NCBI GenBank assembly: GCA_020635695.1
Contig: JACJZH010000010.1
Span: 4,211-68,210 of the forward strand
Length of the DNA stretch: 64,000 nt
Direction: 5' to 3'
From: Flavobacteriales bacterium
GTDB taxonomy: Bacteria > Bacteroidota > Bacteroidia > Flavobacteriales_F > PHOS-HE28
In this document: positions 37,276 to 45,979 of the stretch, piece by piece
How positions within the stretch are numbered: position 1 is the first letter of the stretch
Layout of the letters: each line of letters begins with the position of its first letter
The notes under the pieces: model-generated
Told to the model about the DNA's origin: nothing
The model's input: only the letters and a program-made list of their open reading frames with translations
Database searches by the model: none
Program-made: the position numbers and the translations under genes

Positions 37276-37305
37276 CCCGGCACGGTGCTTGATGCACGCA
37301 ACGCC

Positions 37306-37845
37306 ATGACCCGTTCCAAGCTCCTCGTTCCCGCCCTGATCACCGGCATATTGCTCATCTCGGGCGACACCACCAAGCGTTTCACCCCGTTGACCGGGGA
37401 GACCGCCGAGGGGCGCTCGGTCACCATTCCCGACCCGGGACACGACGGACCCACCGTGGTGGGCATGGCCTGGGGCAAGCAGGCCGGTCCGGTGCTGGAG
37501 GACTGGATGGAACCGGCCTACCTGCGGTTCGTGGCCAAGCACGGGCTCTTCGCGCAGGCCTACGACGCCCAGGTGTATTTCGTGCCCCTGTTCGTGGGTG
37601 CCAACAAGGCCGCGTATGGCGCCACGCTGAAGAAGTTCCGCAAGAGCGCAACCCCGGAAGTGGTGGACCACGTGGTCTTCTACAAGGACGATCCGCAGCC
37701 TTACCTGGACGGCCTGGGCATGCCGGACAAGGCCACACCCTACTTCTTCGTGCTGGACCGGGAAGGGAGGGTCTTGTACCGCACCGAGGGCCGGTTCAGT
37801 GAAGCGAAGCTCGAGGCCATCGAGGCCGTGTTGCTGGAGTCCTGA
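37306..37845 (+). CDS. hypothetical protein with N-terminal signal anchor
   Basis: Start taken at ATG 37306 (MTRSKLLVPALITGILLISG); the track start is GTG 37285. I recognise no family. Composition is ordinary for a protein. Confidence 0.7.
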   Translation: MTRSKLLVPALITGILLISGDTTKRFTPLTGETAEGRSVTIPDPGHDGPTVVGMAWGKQAGPVLEDWMEPAYLRFVAKHGLFAQAYDAQVYFVPLFVGANKAAYGATLKKFRKSATPEVVDHVVFYKDDPQPYLDGLGMPDKATPYFFVLDREGRVLYRTEGRFSEAKLEAIEAVLLES

Positions 37846-37860
37846 GGGCCGCAGGTGACC

Positions 37861-37868
37861 TATCTTTG
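37861..37868 (+). promoter_or_regulatory. Bacteroidota -7 promoter box upstream of bamD
   Basis: TATCTTTG is an exact TAnnTTTG match, 14 nt before ATG 37882. Confidence 0.45.
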
Positions 37869-37881
37869 CCGGCCTTTCACC

Positions 37882-38688
37882 ATGCGGGCCTCCGTCGTTC
37901 TCCTTCTGGCATGGCTCCTGCTCCCCGGATGCAGCGAGTTCAACAAGGCGCTCAAGAGCACCGATGTCCAGTACAAACTGGACGTGGCCCGCAAATACTA
38001 TGAGGAGGAGGAGTATGAACGCGCACTTCCCCTGTTGGAAGAGTTGATCGTGCTGACGCGGGGGTCGACCCTTGGCGAAGAGGTCGGGTACCTCCATGCC
38101 AAGAGCTTCTACAACATGAAGGACTACTACCTGGGAGGGTACTACCTGACGAATTTCGCGAGGACCTTTCCCACGAGCGTGCATGCGGAGGAGTGTGCCT
38201 TCCTGAGCGCCATGTGCCACTACCGCAACTCGCCCACCTTCGAACTGGACCAGTCGGACACCCGGCGGGCCATCGACGAGCTCCAGCTCTTCCTGGTGCG
38301 TTATCCCAGGACCGACCTGCGCGATTCCTGCAATGGGCTCATCGACCAGCTGCGGTACAAGCTCGAGCAGAAGGACCTGCACAGCGCGCTTCAATACGAG
38401 CGGACCAAGAACTACCGGGCCGCGCACGAGGCCCTGGAGCAGTTCCTGCGCAAATGGCCCAATTCCGACCATCGCGAGGAGGCCATGATCGCCCTGCTGA
38501 AGGCGGACCACCGGCTGGCCGTGAACAGCGTGGCGGACAAGAAGGAGGAGCGCCTCCGGGATGCCATCCGTTCATACCATAACTTTGTGGACGCGTTCGG
38601 CCAGAGTGGACGGTTGTCCGAGGCGGAACGCATGTACGACGAACTGATCGCCGAGCTCGAACGCATTCAACGCACAACGACCCCATGA
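37882..38688 (+). CDS. bamD: outer membrane protein assembly factor BamD
   Basis: Start reset to ATG 37882. Lipoprotein signal MRASVVLLLAWLLLPGCS, followed by TPR-like helices (KYYEEEEYERALPLLEE, FLVRYPRT). Confidence 0.9.
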   Translation: MRASVVLLLAWLLLPGCSEFNKALKSTDVQYKLDVARKYYEEEEYERALPLLEELIVLTRGSTLGEEVGYLHAKSFYNMKDYYLGGYYLTNFARTFPTSVHAEECAFLSAMCHYRNSPTFELDQSDTRRAIDELQLFLVRYPRTDLRDSCNGLIDQLRYKLEQKDLHSALQYERTKNYRAAHEALEQFLRKWPNSDHREEAMIALLKADHRLAVNSVADKKEERLRDAIRSYHNFVDAFGQSGRLSEAERMYDELIAELERIQRTTTP

Positions 38689-39041
38689 GCATCATCAAGA
38701 ACAACCAGGCGGCCAAGACCACCATCACCCGCGACATGTCCGACCTCGATCGCGAAGTGGGGAACGTGTACGAGACCGTGGTGGTGCTTGGCAAGCGTGC
38801 AGACCAGATCTCCACCCAGATCAAGGAGGAGCTCGGCAGCAAGCTGGAGGAGTTCGCCACCAGCACCGAGAACCTGGAGGAGATCTACGAGAACCGCGAG
38901 CAGATCGAGATCAGCAAGTACTACGAGCGTCTCCCGAAGCCTTCGGCGCTTGCGATCCAGGAGCTCCTCGAGGGCAAGGTGCACATCCGGCGCCCGGAGG
39001 AAGGTGATGCCACCGCTGCCCAGGAAGGGCCTGCGGCCTGA
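38685..39041 (+). CDS. rpoZ: DNA-directed RNA polymerase subunit omega (Bacteroidota type)
   Basis: 118 aa. NVYETVVVLGKRADQIS...KLEEFA...EIYENREQIEISKYYERLPKPSALAIQELLEGK. The bamD-rpoZ-coaBC order is conserved in the phylum. ATGA overlap with bamD. Confidence 0.85.
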   Translation: MSIIKNNQAAKTTITRDMSDLDREVGNVYETVVVLGKRADQISTQIKEELGSKLEEFATSTENLEEIYENREQIEISKYYERLPKPSALAIQELLEGKVHIRRPEEGDATAAQEGPAA

Positions 39042-39067
39042 TCCTCCCTGGCATTCCCCCGGTCGTC

Positions 39068-40279
39068 GTGGAGCCGATCCTGCACCGCCGGGTGCTGTTG
39101 GGTGTCACCGGCAGCATCGCCGCCTACAAGACCGCCTGGCTGGTCCGCGACCTGGTGAAGGCCGGGGCAGAGGTGCAGGTGGTCATGACACCCGCCGCTC
39201 ATGATTTCGTGACCCCGTTGACGCTGGCCACGCTCAGCAAACGGCCCGTGCTCACCGACCTGTTCCTGCGGGACGGCTCCGGAAGCTGGAACGACCACGT
39301 GTCGCTGGGTCGCTGGGCCGACGTGCTCGTGGTGGCTCCTGCCAGCGCCCACACCCTGGCCAAGATGGCCCAGGGGCTCTGTGACAACCTGCTGCTGGCC
39401 ACCTGGCTCAGTGCCACCTGTCCGGTGTACGTGGCCCCCGCCATGGACCTGGAGATGTTCGCGGACCCGGCCACCGCCCACAACCTGGACCTCCTCCGCC
39501 AGCGTGGGGTGCATACCATCGGCCCTGAGAGCGGCGAGCTTGCCAGTGGGCTGGAAGGCGCGGGCCGGATGACCGAGCCGATGGACATCGTGCACCGCCT
39601 GGCCACCGACCTCATGGAGGGCAGCCCCCTGGCCGGCAAACGCATCCTGGTCACTGCCGGACCCACCCGGGAGGCCATCGATCCGGTACGCTACATCGGC
39701 AACCGCTCCAGCGGCCGCATGGGTTTCGCCATCGCCGAGGAGGCCGCCGCCCGGGGTGCCCGGGTGGAACTGGTGACCGGCCCCGTGGAACTGACCACCG
39801 ACCGGCCGGGCATCGTCCGGACCGATGTGGAGAGCGCGGCCGACATGGCCCAAGCCTGCAAGGAGCGTGCTCCGGAAGCCGACATTGTGATCATGAGCGC
39901 CGCCGTGGCCGACCACCGTCCGGCCGCGCCTGCGGGCTCCAAGATCAAGAAGGACGAAGGCCATCTGGAGCTCGTCCTGGAACGCACCGAGGACATCCTG
40001 GCCTGGATCGGCAAACGACGCAGGCCCGGACAGGTGATCGCCGGCTTCGCGCTGGAGACCGAGGAGGGGCTGGAAAGCGCACGCGGCAAGTTGGAACGCA
40101 AGGGCCTCGACCTCGTGGTGCTGAACAGCCTTCAGGACGAAGGTGCCGGGTTCGGTCATGCCACCAACAAGGTGACCCTGGTGACCCGGGACAAGGATCC
40201 CGAGCGACTGCCGTTGTTGCCCAAGGCGGAGGTGGCCAGGCGTATCTTGGACGCCATCGAACGTCGCCTGAAGGGATGA
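39068..40279 (+). CDS. coaBC: bifunctional phosphopantothenoylcysteine decarboxylase/synthetase
   Basis: 403 aa with a GTG start. Flavoprotein motif LLGVTGSIAAYK, PAMD, ITNRSSG-like IGNRSSGRMG, and AAVADHRP are present. Confidence 0.95.
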   Translation: MEPILHRRVLLGVTGSIAAYKTAWLVRDLVKAGAEVQVVMTPAAHDFVTPLTLATLSKRPVLTDLFLRDGSGSWNDHVSLGRWADVLVVAPASAHTLAKMAQGLCDNLLLATWLSATCPVYVAPAMDLEMFADPATAHNLDLLRQRGVHTIGPESGELASGLEGAGRMTEPMDIVHRLATDLMEGSPLAGKRILVTAGPTREAIDPVRYIGNRSSGRMGFAIAEEAAARGARVELVTGPVELTTDRPGIVRTDVESAADMAQACKERAPEADIVIMSAAVADHRPAAPAGSKIKKDEGHLELVLERTEDILAWIGKRRRPGQVIAGFALETEEGLESARGKLERKGLDLVVLNSLQDEGAGFGHATNKVTLVTRDKDPERLPLLPKAEVARRILDAIERRLKG

Positions 40280-41175
40280 GGAAGATCGTGCTGTCGACCC
40301 TGCTGACGGGCCTGTTGGCCGGTGGCGTGCTGGCCCAGGAGTTCAACTGCCAGGTGCAGGTGCAGGCCCCGCAGATCTCCAATGCCGACCCACGCATCTG
40401 GAAGTCGCTGGAACTCGCGATCGTGGAGTTCTACAACACCCGGCGTTTCACGAACTACAACTACGCGCCCCAGGAGCGGATCGACATCAACCTGCTGCTC
40501 ACGGTCAATGACTTCAACGGCACCGACTACTTCCGCGGCACCCTGCAGGTGATCTACGCCCGGCCGATCTTCAACACCGACTACAACAGCCCGGTGATCG
40601 ACCTGGTGGACAACTTCGTGGAGTTCCGCTTCCTGGAGAACACCCAGATCGAGTTCACCCCGGACCGGTTCCAGAACAACCTGTCCAGCCTGCTGGGGTT
40701 CTATGCCTATTTCGTGCTCGGGCTGGACAGCGACTCCTTCTCTCCGCTGGGTGGAAGCGAGTTCTACAACCTGGCGCAGCAGGTGGTGAACAATGCCCAG
40801 AACGCCCAGGAGTCGGGCTGGAAGGCCTTCGAGGAACAGCGGAACCGCTACTGGCTGATCGACAACCAGCTGCAGGCGGTGTTCCGCCCGCTGCGCCAAT
40901 GCCTCTACGACTACCACCGTTCGGGACTGGACGCCATGACCGAGGACGCCACAGCGGCCAAGCGCGCCATCGCCGCCAGCATCGAGAAGCTCAAGACCGT
41001 GCACCAGGCCAAGCCGGTGAGCTACAACATGCAGGTCTTCTTCAACGCCAAGTACAACGAACTGGTGGAGCTCTACAAGCCCGAGCCCCCGCAGGAGAAG
41101 ACCCGGCTGTTCAACACCCTGCAGATCATCGACCCGGGGCACATCAGCCAGTACCAGAACATGATGCGGAACTGA
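40276..41175 (+). CDS. DUF4835 family protein (T9SS-associated PorD-like)
   Basis: 299 aa with a signal peptide. NCQVQVQAPQISNADPRIWKSLELAIVEFYNTRRFTN and GFYAYFVLGLDSDSF are present. ATGA overlap with coaBC. Confidence 0.85.
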   Translation: MRKIVLSTLLTGLLAGGVLAQEFNCQVQVQAPQISNADPRIWKSLELAIVEFYNTRRFTNYNYAPQERIDINLLLTVNDFNGTDYFRGTLQVIYARPIFNTDYNSPVIDLVDNFVEFRFLENTQIEFTPDRFQNNLSSLLGFYAYFVLGLDSDSFSPLGGSEFYNLAQQVVNNAQNAQESGWKAFEEQRNRYWLIDNQLQAVFRPLRQCLYDYHRSGLDAMTEDATAAKRAIAASIEKLKTVHQAKPVSYNMQVFFNAKYNELVELYKPEPPQEKTRLFNTLQIIDPGHISQYQNMMRN

Positions 41176-41223
41176 GCGGCCGGGAACGGCGAATGCCCGT
41201 TCCGCTGCTCATCTTTGTGGGGC

Positions 41224-42876
41224 ATGCTCCGGCGGCTCACCATCTCCAACTACCTGCTGATCGACGGGCTGGACCTGCCGCTCGGCGAAGGGCTCAGCAT
41301 CATCACCGGCGAGACCGGTAGCGGCAAGAGCATTTTACTGGGCGCGCTGGGTCTGGCCACCGGCGAACGGGCCGAAAGCGGCATCATGCGCGATCCGGCC
41401 TCCCGTTGCGTCATCGAGCTCGAGGTCCAGCTCGACCCCGACCGGTGGCAGGGCTGGTTCCAACGGGCCGAACTGCCCTGGGAGAGCCCCTGCATCCTGC
41501 GGCGCCAACTGGAGCCCAACGGCCGGTCCCGGGCCTTCATCAACGACACCCCCGTGCGGCTGGAGCAGCTGCGCGAACTGGGCGCCGGCATCCTGCACGT
41601 GCACAGCCAGCACCACACGCTGCTGTTGAACGACCGTGCGTTCCAGCTCGGCCTCGTGGATGGTTTCTGCGGCCAGCATCAGGCGGTGGAACACTATGCC
41701 GGCACCTACCGTCAGTGGAGGTCCGTCCGTGAACGGCTGGACGCCCTGCGGGAGGAGGAGGCCAACGCACGGCAGGAAGCGGACTACCTGGCCTTTCAGC
41801 TGAACGAACTGGACGCTGCCGCCCTGCAGGAAGGCGAGATCGCCCACCTGGAGCAGGACCTGGCCCGCGCCGAGCATGCGGAGGAGCTCCTGCGCACGCT
41901 GCAGGCCGTGGACGATGGGGTGCAGGGGGATGGCGGGCTGCTGGCCGGGCTTTCCTCCCTGGAGCAGGCGCTGGCCAAGGCATCGCGCTACGACCAACGC
42001 AGCGCCTCCTTGCTGGAACGGCTGCGCAGTGTGCGCATCGAGCTGCAGGACATCGGCCATGAAGCTTCGGGTGCCGCTCTGGAAGTGGACCTGGACCCTG
42101 CGGCCGTGGACCGCTTGAACGAAAGGCTCGACAGCCTGAACCGCCTGCTGCAGAAACACCGCTGCGAGGATGAGACCGCATTGATCGCCCTGCGGGAGGA
42201 CCTGCGGGAGCGGCTGGCGCGGATCGGTGGCCTGGGCAGGGACCTGGGCGAGCTGGAAGGGGAGGAGGAACGCCTGCGGACGAACGTGTCCAAGCAGGCG
42301 GATGGCTTGTCCAAGGCCCGCTCCAAGGCGCTGGCACCCCTGGCGAAGGAAGTGGAGCAGGTCCTGCACGACCTGGGCATGCCCCATGCGGTGTTCCGCT
42401 TCGAGCACACCACCGGCGAACCCGGTCCGCGAGGCATCGATCGGCTGCGCATGCTGTTCAGCGCCAACAAGGACCGGGCTCCCGAACCGTTGGACAAGGT
42501 GGCCTCCGGCGGCGAGCTGGGGCGCGTGATGCTGGCCCTGATCGGCCTGGCAGCGGGCAGCCTGGACCTGCCCACGGTGGTCTTCGATGAGGTGGACACC
42601 GGTGTGAGCGGGCCCGTCGCGGACCGCGTGGGCGAGCTGATGCGCCACATGGCCGGGGAGCGTCAGGTGATCGCCATCACCCACCTCCCACAGATCGCCG
42701 GCAAGGCGGACACCCATCTGCTGGTGACCAAGGACCAGGAGGCCGAGGTGGTCCACAGCCGGATCCGCCCGATCGATGGCGAGGAGCGCGTGCGCACCCT
42801 GGCGGCCATGCTCAGCGGGCGCCGCACCACCAAGGCCGCCCTGGAGAACGCCCGCGAGCTGCTGAAGGGCGGGTAG
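41224..42876 (+). CDS. recN: DNA repair protein RecN
   Basis: Start reset to ATG 41224 (MLRRLTISNYLLID). Walker A GETGSGKS, a long coiled coil, signature ASGGELGRVMLAL, and Walker B VVFDEVD are present. Confidence 0.96.
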   Translation: MLRRLTISNYLLIDGLDLPLGEGLSIITGETGSGKSILLGALGLATGERAESGIMRDPASRCVIELEVQLDPDRWQGWFQRAELPWESPCILRRQLEPNGRSRAFINDTPVRLEQLRELGAGILHVHSQHHTLLLNDRAFQLGLVDGFCGQHQAVEHYAGTYRQWRSVRERLDALREEEANARQEADYLAFQLNELDAAALQEGEIAHLEQDLARAEHAEELLRTLQAVDDGVQGDGGLLAGLSSLEQALAKASRYDQRSASLLERLRSVRIELQDIGHEASGAALEVDLDPAAVDRLNERLDSLNRLLQKHRCEDETALIALREDLRERLARIGGLGRDLGELEGEEERLRTNVSKQADGLSKARSKALAPLAKEVEQVLHDLGMPHAVFRFEHTTGEPGPRGIDRLRMLFSANKDRAPEPLDKVASGGELGRVMLALIGLAAGSLDLPTVVFDEVDTGVSGPVADRVGELMRHMAGERQVIAITHLPQIAGKADTHLLVTKDQEAEVVHSRIRPIDGEERVRTLAAMLSGRRTTKAALENARELLKGG

Positions 42877-42920
42877 GCGTTCCGGAGCGAACGGTAATTT
42901 CGGCCCAAACGCGAAGCGAC

Positions 42921-43739
42921 ATGGCAACTGGCATCCTGAAGGGAAAGCGTGGCATCATCTCCGGTGCCCTGAACGAACAGAGCATCGCCTGGAAGGTGGC
43001 CGAGGAGGCCCATGCCGAAGGCGCCACCTTCGTGCTCACCAACGCCCCCGTGGCCATGCGCATGGGCGAGATCAACGGACTGGCCGAGGCCACCGGCGCC
43101 TCGATCATACCCGCCGATGCCACCAAGGACGAGGACCTCGACGCGCTCTTCACCGGGGCTGCGGAGAAGCTCGGTGGCCCCGTGGACTTCGTGCTGCACA
43201 GCATTGGCATGAGCCCCAACGTGCGCAAGGGCCGCAGCTACGACGACCTGAACTACGAGTGGTACAAGCAGACCCTGGACGTGAGCGCCATGAGCCTGCA
43301 CCGCATGTTGCAGGCCGCCCACAAACGGAACGCCCTGAACGAGGGCGCCAGCGTGGTGGCCCTGAGCTACATCGCCGCCCAGCGCGTGTTCCCCGACTAC
43401 GGCGACATGGCCGACGCCAAGGCCCTCTTGGAGAGCATCGCCCGCAGCTGGGGATACAGGCTCGGCAAGGAGAACAAGGTCCGCGTGAACACGGTGAGCC
43501 AGAGCCCCACGATCACCACCGCCGGGGCCGGCATCAAGGGCTTCGACGGCTTTTTCGGCTTCGCCCAGGAAATGAGCCCGCTGGGCAATGCTCCGGCCAT
43601 CGACTGCGCCCGGTTCTGCATCGCCCTGTTCAGCGACCTCACCCGCTTCGTCACCATGCAGAACCTCTACCACGACGGTGGGTTCAGCAGCACGGGTGTG
43701 ACCCCCGAGGTGATGGCCAAGTTCGTGCAGGAGGGCTGA
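42921..43739 (+). CDS. fabI: enoyl-[ACP] reductase FabI
   Basis: 272 aa. LKGKRGIISGALNEQSIAW, a Tyr/Lys active-site segment (SYIAAQRVFPDYGDMADAKAL), and the C-terminal YHDGGFS are present. Confidence 0.9.
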   Translation: MATGILKGKRGIISGALNEQSIAWKVAEEAHAEGATFVLTNAPVAMRMGEINGLAEATGASIIPADATKDEDLDALFTGAAEKLGGPVDFVLHSIGMSPNVRKGRSYDDLNYEWYKQTLDVSAMSLHRMLQAAHKRNALNEGASVVALSYIAAQRVFPDYGDMADAKALLESIARSWGYRLGKENKVRVNTVSQSPTITTAGAGIKGFDGFFGFAQEMSPLGNAPAIDCARFCIALFSDLTRFVTMQNLYHDGGFSSTGVTPEVMAKFVQEG

Positions 43740-43754
43740 TGGCCCTTGGCCGCT

Positions 43755-43777
43755 GGTAGGTGGCCACCTACCTTTGG
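43755..43777 (+). terminator. fabI terminator hairpin (perfect 18-bp palindrome) overlapping the next promoter
   Basis: GGTAGGTGGCCACCTACC (43755-43772) forms a 7-bp stem with a GGCC loop, followed by TTTGG. It lies 16 nt after the fabI stop. Confidence 0.55.
43769..43776 (+). promoter_or_regulatory. Bacteroidota promoter (-7 box, with -33 TTG 20 nt upstream) for the TPR/caspase-like gene
   Basis: TACCTTTG is an exact TAnnTTTG match, 28 nt before ATG 43804. A TTG lies at 43746-43748. The box overlaps the right arm of the palindrome. Confidence 0.5.
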
Positions 43778-43803
43778 AAAGCCCCGCCACCACCGGGGTG
43801 GAC

Positions 43804-45969
43804 ATGATCGGAACACACGCACTTCGGCTGACCTCGGCCTCCTTGCTGCTGGTCGCAGGCCTCGCCTTGCAGGCACAGAACGGCAAGTCCTTCCTCAAGG
43901 AAGGTGATCAGTTCCGCAAGGAACAGCAGCTGGACAAGGCCCTGGAACGCTACGGGTTGGCCATCGAGGTGGACCCTGGCATGACCAAGGCCTACCAGGC
44001 CAGGGCCGAAGTGCTGGTCCTGCTGGGGCGTGATCAGGAGGCCATCGCCGACCTCCAGCGACTGGCTGAACTGGAGCCCAAGGATGCCGATGCCGCCTCG
44101 GCCGTGGCCGCCGCTTACTTCAGGGCAGGCCAGCTGGAAGCTGCCCGGAGCTGGTGCGACAAGGCCTTGGAACGCGACGAGCGCCAGTTGGACGCCTTGC
44201 AGACCCGGGTCCGGGCGTGCCTGGCCCTGGGCGACCTGGACTGTGCCACCGCCTCGTCGGACAAGGCACTCGCCACCAAGGCCACCACCGATACCTACTA
44301 CCTGCACGGTCTGGCCCGCATGGCCGCGCGCGACCTGACCACGGCCGAAAAGGACTTCCAGCAGGTCATCGATTGGAACCACGTGTACGAGGAGGCGTAC
44401 ATCGCGCTCGCCGAGGTCCAGTTGAAGCTCTACGAAGGCTACGAGGGCCCCACCATGAAGATGCGGACCCTGGACAAGGCCGTGGAGGAGACCAGCACCG
44501 CGCTGGAACTGAATCCCCAGAGCATCCCGGCGCTCAAGACACGGTCCCGGGCCCATGCGTTCCAACAGGACCATGCCAAGGCGATCGCGGACATCAGCCG
44601 GGTGGTGGCCTTGGGAGATACCGATACGGAGGTCTATCGGATGCGGGCGGGATACTACCAAGGCTTCGGGCAGTACCAGAACGCCATCAACGACCTGAAC
44701 CGGGTGCTGGCGGAGAGTCCCGAGGACCGGACGGCCCTGGTTCAGCGTTCGGCCTGCCGCGAGGCCAACCTGGACCTGGACGGTGCCCTGGACGACCTGA
44801 AGTTGGCGACCAAACTGGCGGAGAAGGACCCCGATGCCGATCTCGAGGAGAAACGCTCACTGGCAGAGGCACGCGACCGCATCGGCGCGCGGGTGTTCGA
44901 ACTGGGACGCGAGGCCGATCCGCCCCGGATCACCGTGCTGGAACCCTTCCGCAAGGAGGGCGATGTCGTGCAGGTGTCCTCCTCGCTCAACTACGTGAAG
45001 GTGTCCGGATACGTCCGCGACAAGAGCCTGCTCAAGGCCATCACCGTGAACGGGGAAGCCGCGGACTTCAACGTGGATGAAAAGGACCCCCAGTTCATCG
45101 TGACCGTGCCCCTGGCGCATGATCAGGAGGAACTGGCGGTGCAGGCCGTGGACGTGTACGACAACTTCTCCAACATGGACCTCCGCGTGGAGCGCACCGA
45201 AGGGCTGGCACCCTCCATTGTGCTCACGAGCCCGGAACCGAGCGGGGATCGCGAGATCACCATCGAGGAGGGGAAGGAGGACGTGTTCGTGGAAGGCCTG
45301 GTCAGCGATGCCAGCCCCATCCGCCTGATCGCCGTGGACGGTGTGAACGCCAGCTATGCACCCGACCGCTTGGACCCTGATTTCAGCATCAAGGTACCTG
45401 TGGCCGGCAAGGACCGTTTCGTGGTACGCGCGGAGGACCAGCACGGCAACGCGGCGGAAGCGGTGTTCACCATCCGCCGGATCAAGCCGGCCCCGGTGGC
45501 GGTGGCCACACCAACCCCCACGACCACCACCCCGACCACCGGCACCACGGGCACCACCTGGATCGTGCACATCGACAACAGCAACTACAAGGGTTTCCCC
45601 GCCATCACCGGCAAGGACGATGCCGCCAAGATGCGCCAGGCCTTCGGCAACTACCGGGTGCAGCGCACCATCACGAAGAAGGACATGACCAAGGCCGATC
45701 TGGACCGCTTCTTCAACATCGAGCTGCGGGACCTGGTGCGCACCAACCAGGTGAACACCATCCTGGTCTGGTATTCCGGGCATGGCCGCAACGTGAGCGG
45801 CAAGGCCTATTGGGTGCCCGTGGATGCGAAGAAGGACGACGTGTACAGCTACTTCAACTACGGTTCGCTGAAGGCGCAGATGCAGAACTACAGCGAGACC
45901 GTGGGCAATACCGTGGTGGTGAGCGACGCGGCGGGCAGTGAGGCCTCCTTCTACGAGCTCACCCGCTAA
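43804..45969 (+). CDS. exported TPR-repeat / Ig-like protein with C-terminal caspase-like (peptidase C14-like) domain lacking the catalytic Cys
   Basis: Start reset to ATG 43804 (MIGTHALRLTSASLLLVAGLALQAQ). Multiple TPR-like repeats are followed by beta-sandwich segments and a PTPTTTTPTTGTTGTT linker. The C-terminus has VWYSGHG (His box), but VVVSDAAGSE sits where DxCxSG is expected. Confidence 0.85.
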   Translation: MIGTHALRLTSASLLLVAGLALQAQNGKSFLKEGDQFRKEQQLDKALERYGLAIEVDPGMTKAYQARAEVLVLLGRDQEAIADLQRLAELEPKDADAASAVAAAYFRAGQLEAARSWCDKALERDERQLDALQTRVRACLALGDLDCATASSDKALATKATTDTYYLHGLARMAARDLTTAEKDFQQVIDWNHVYEEAYIALAEVQLKLYEGYEGPTMKMRTLDKAVEETSTALELNPQSIPALKTRSRAHAFQQDHAKAIADISRVVALGDTDTEVYRMRAGYYQGFGQYQNAINDLNRVLAESPEDRTALVQRSACREANLDLDGALDDLKLATKLAEKDPDADLEEKRSLAEARDRIGARVFELGREADPPRITVLEPFRKEGDVVQVSSSLNYVKVSGYVRDKSLLKAITVNGEAADFNVDEKDPQFIVTVPLAHDQEELAVQAVDVYDNFSNMDLRVERTEGLAPSIVLTSPEPSGDREITIEEGKEDVFVEGLVSDASPIRLIAVDGVNASYAPDRLDPDFSIKVPVAGKDRFVVRAEDQHGNAAEAVFTIRRIKPAPVAVATPTPTTTTPTTGTTGTTWIVHIDNSNYKGFPAITGKDDAAKMRQAFGNYRVQRTITKKDMTKADLDRFFNIELRDLVRTNQVNTILVWYSGHGRNVSGKAYWVPVDAKKDDVYSYFNYGSLKAQMQNYSETVGNTVVVSDAAGSEASFYELTR

Positions 45970-45979
45970 CTTGCCTGCG

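Noticed and set aside
43804-45969. The caspase-like/TPR protein as the protease of a gasdermin-type or other anti-phage system.
   Set aside because: It has a signal peptide, so it is exported. The catalytic Cys position reads Ala. No gasdermin-like, NACHT or effector ORF is adjacent.
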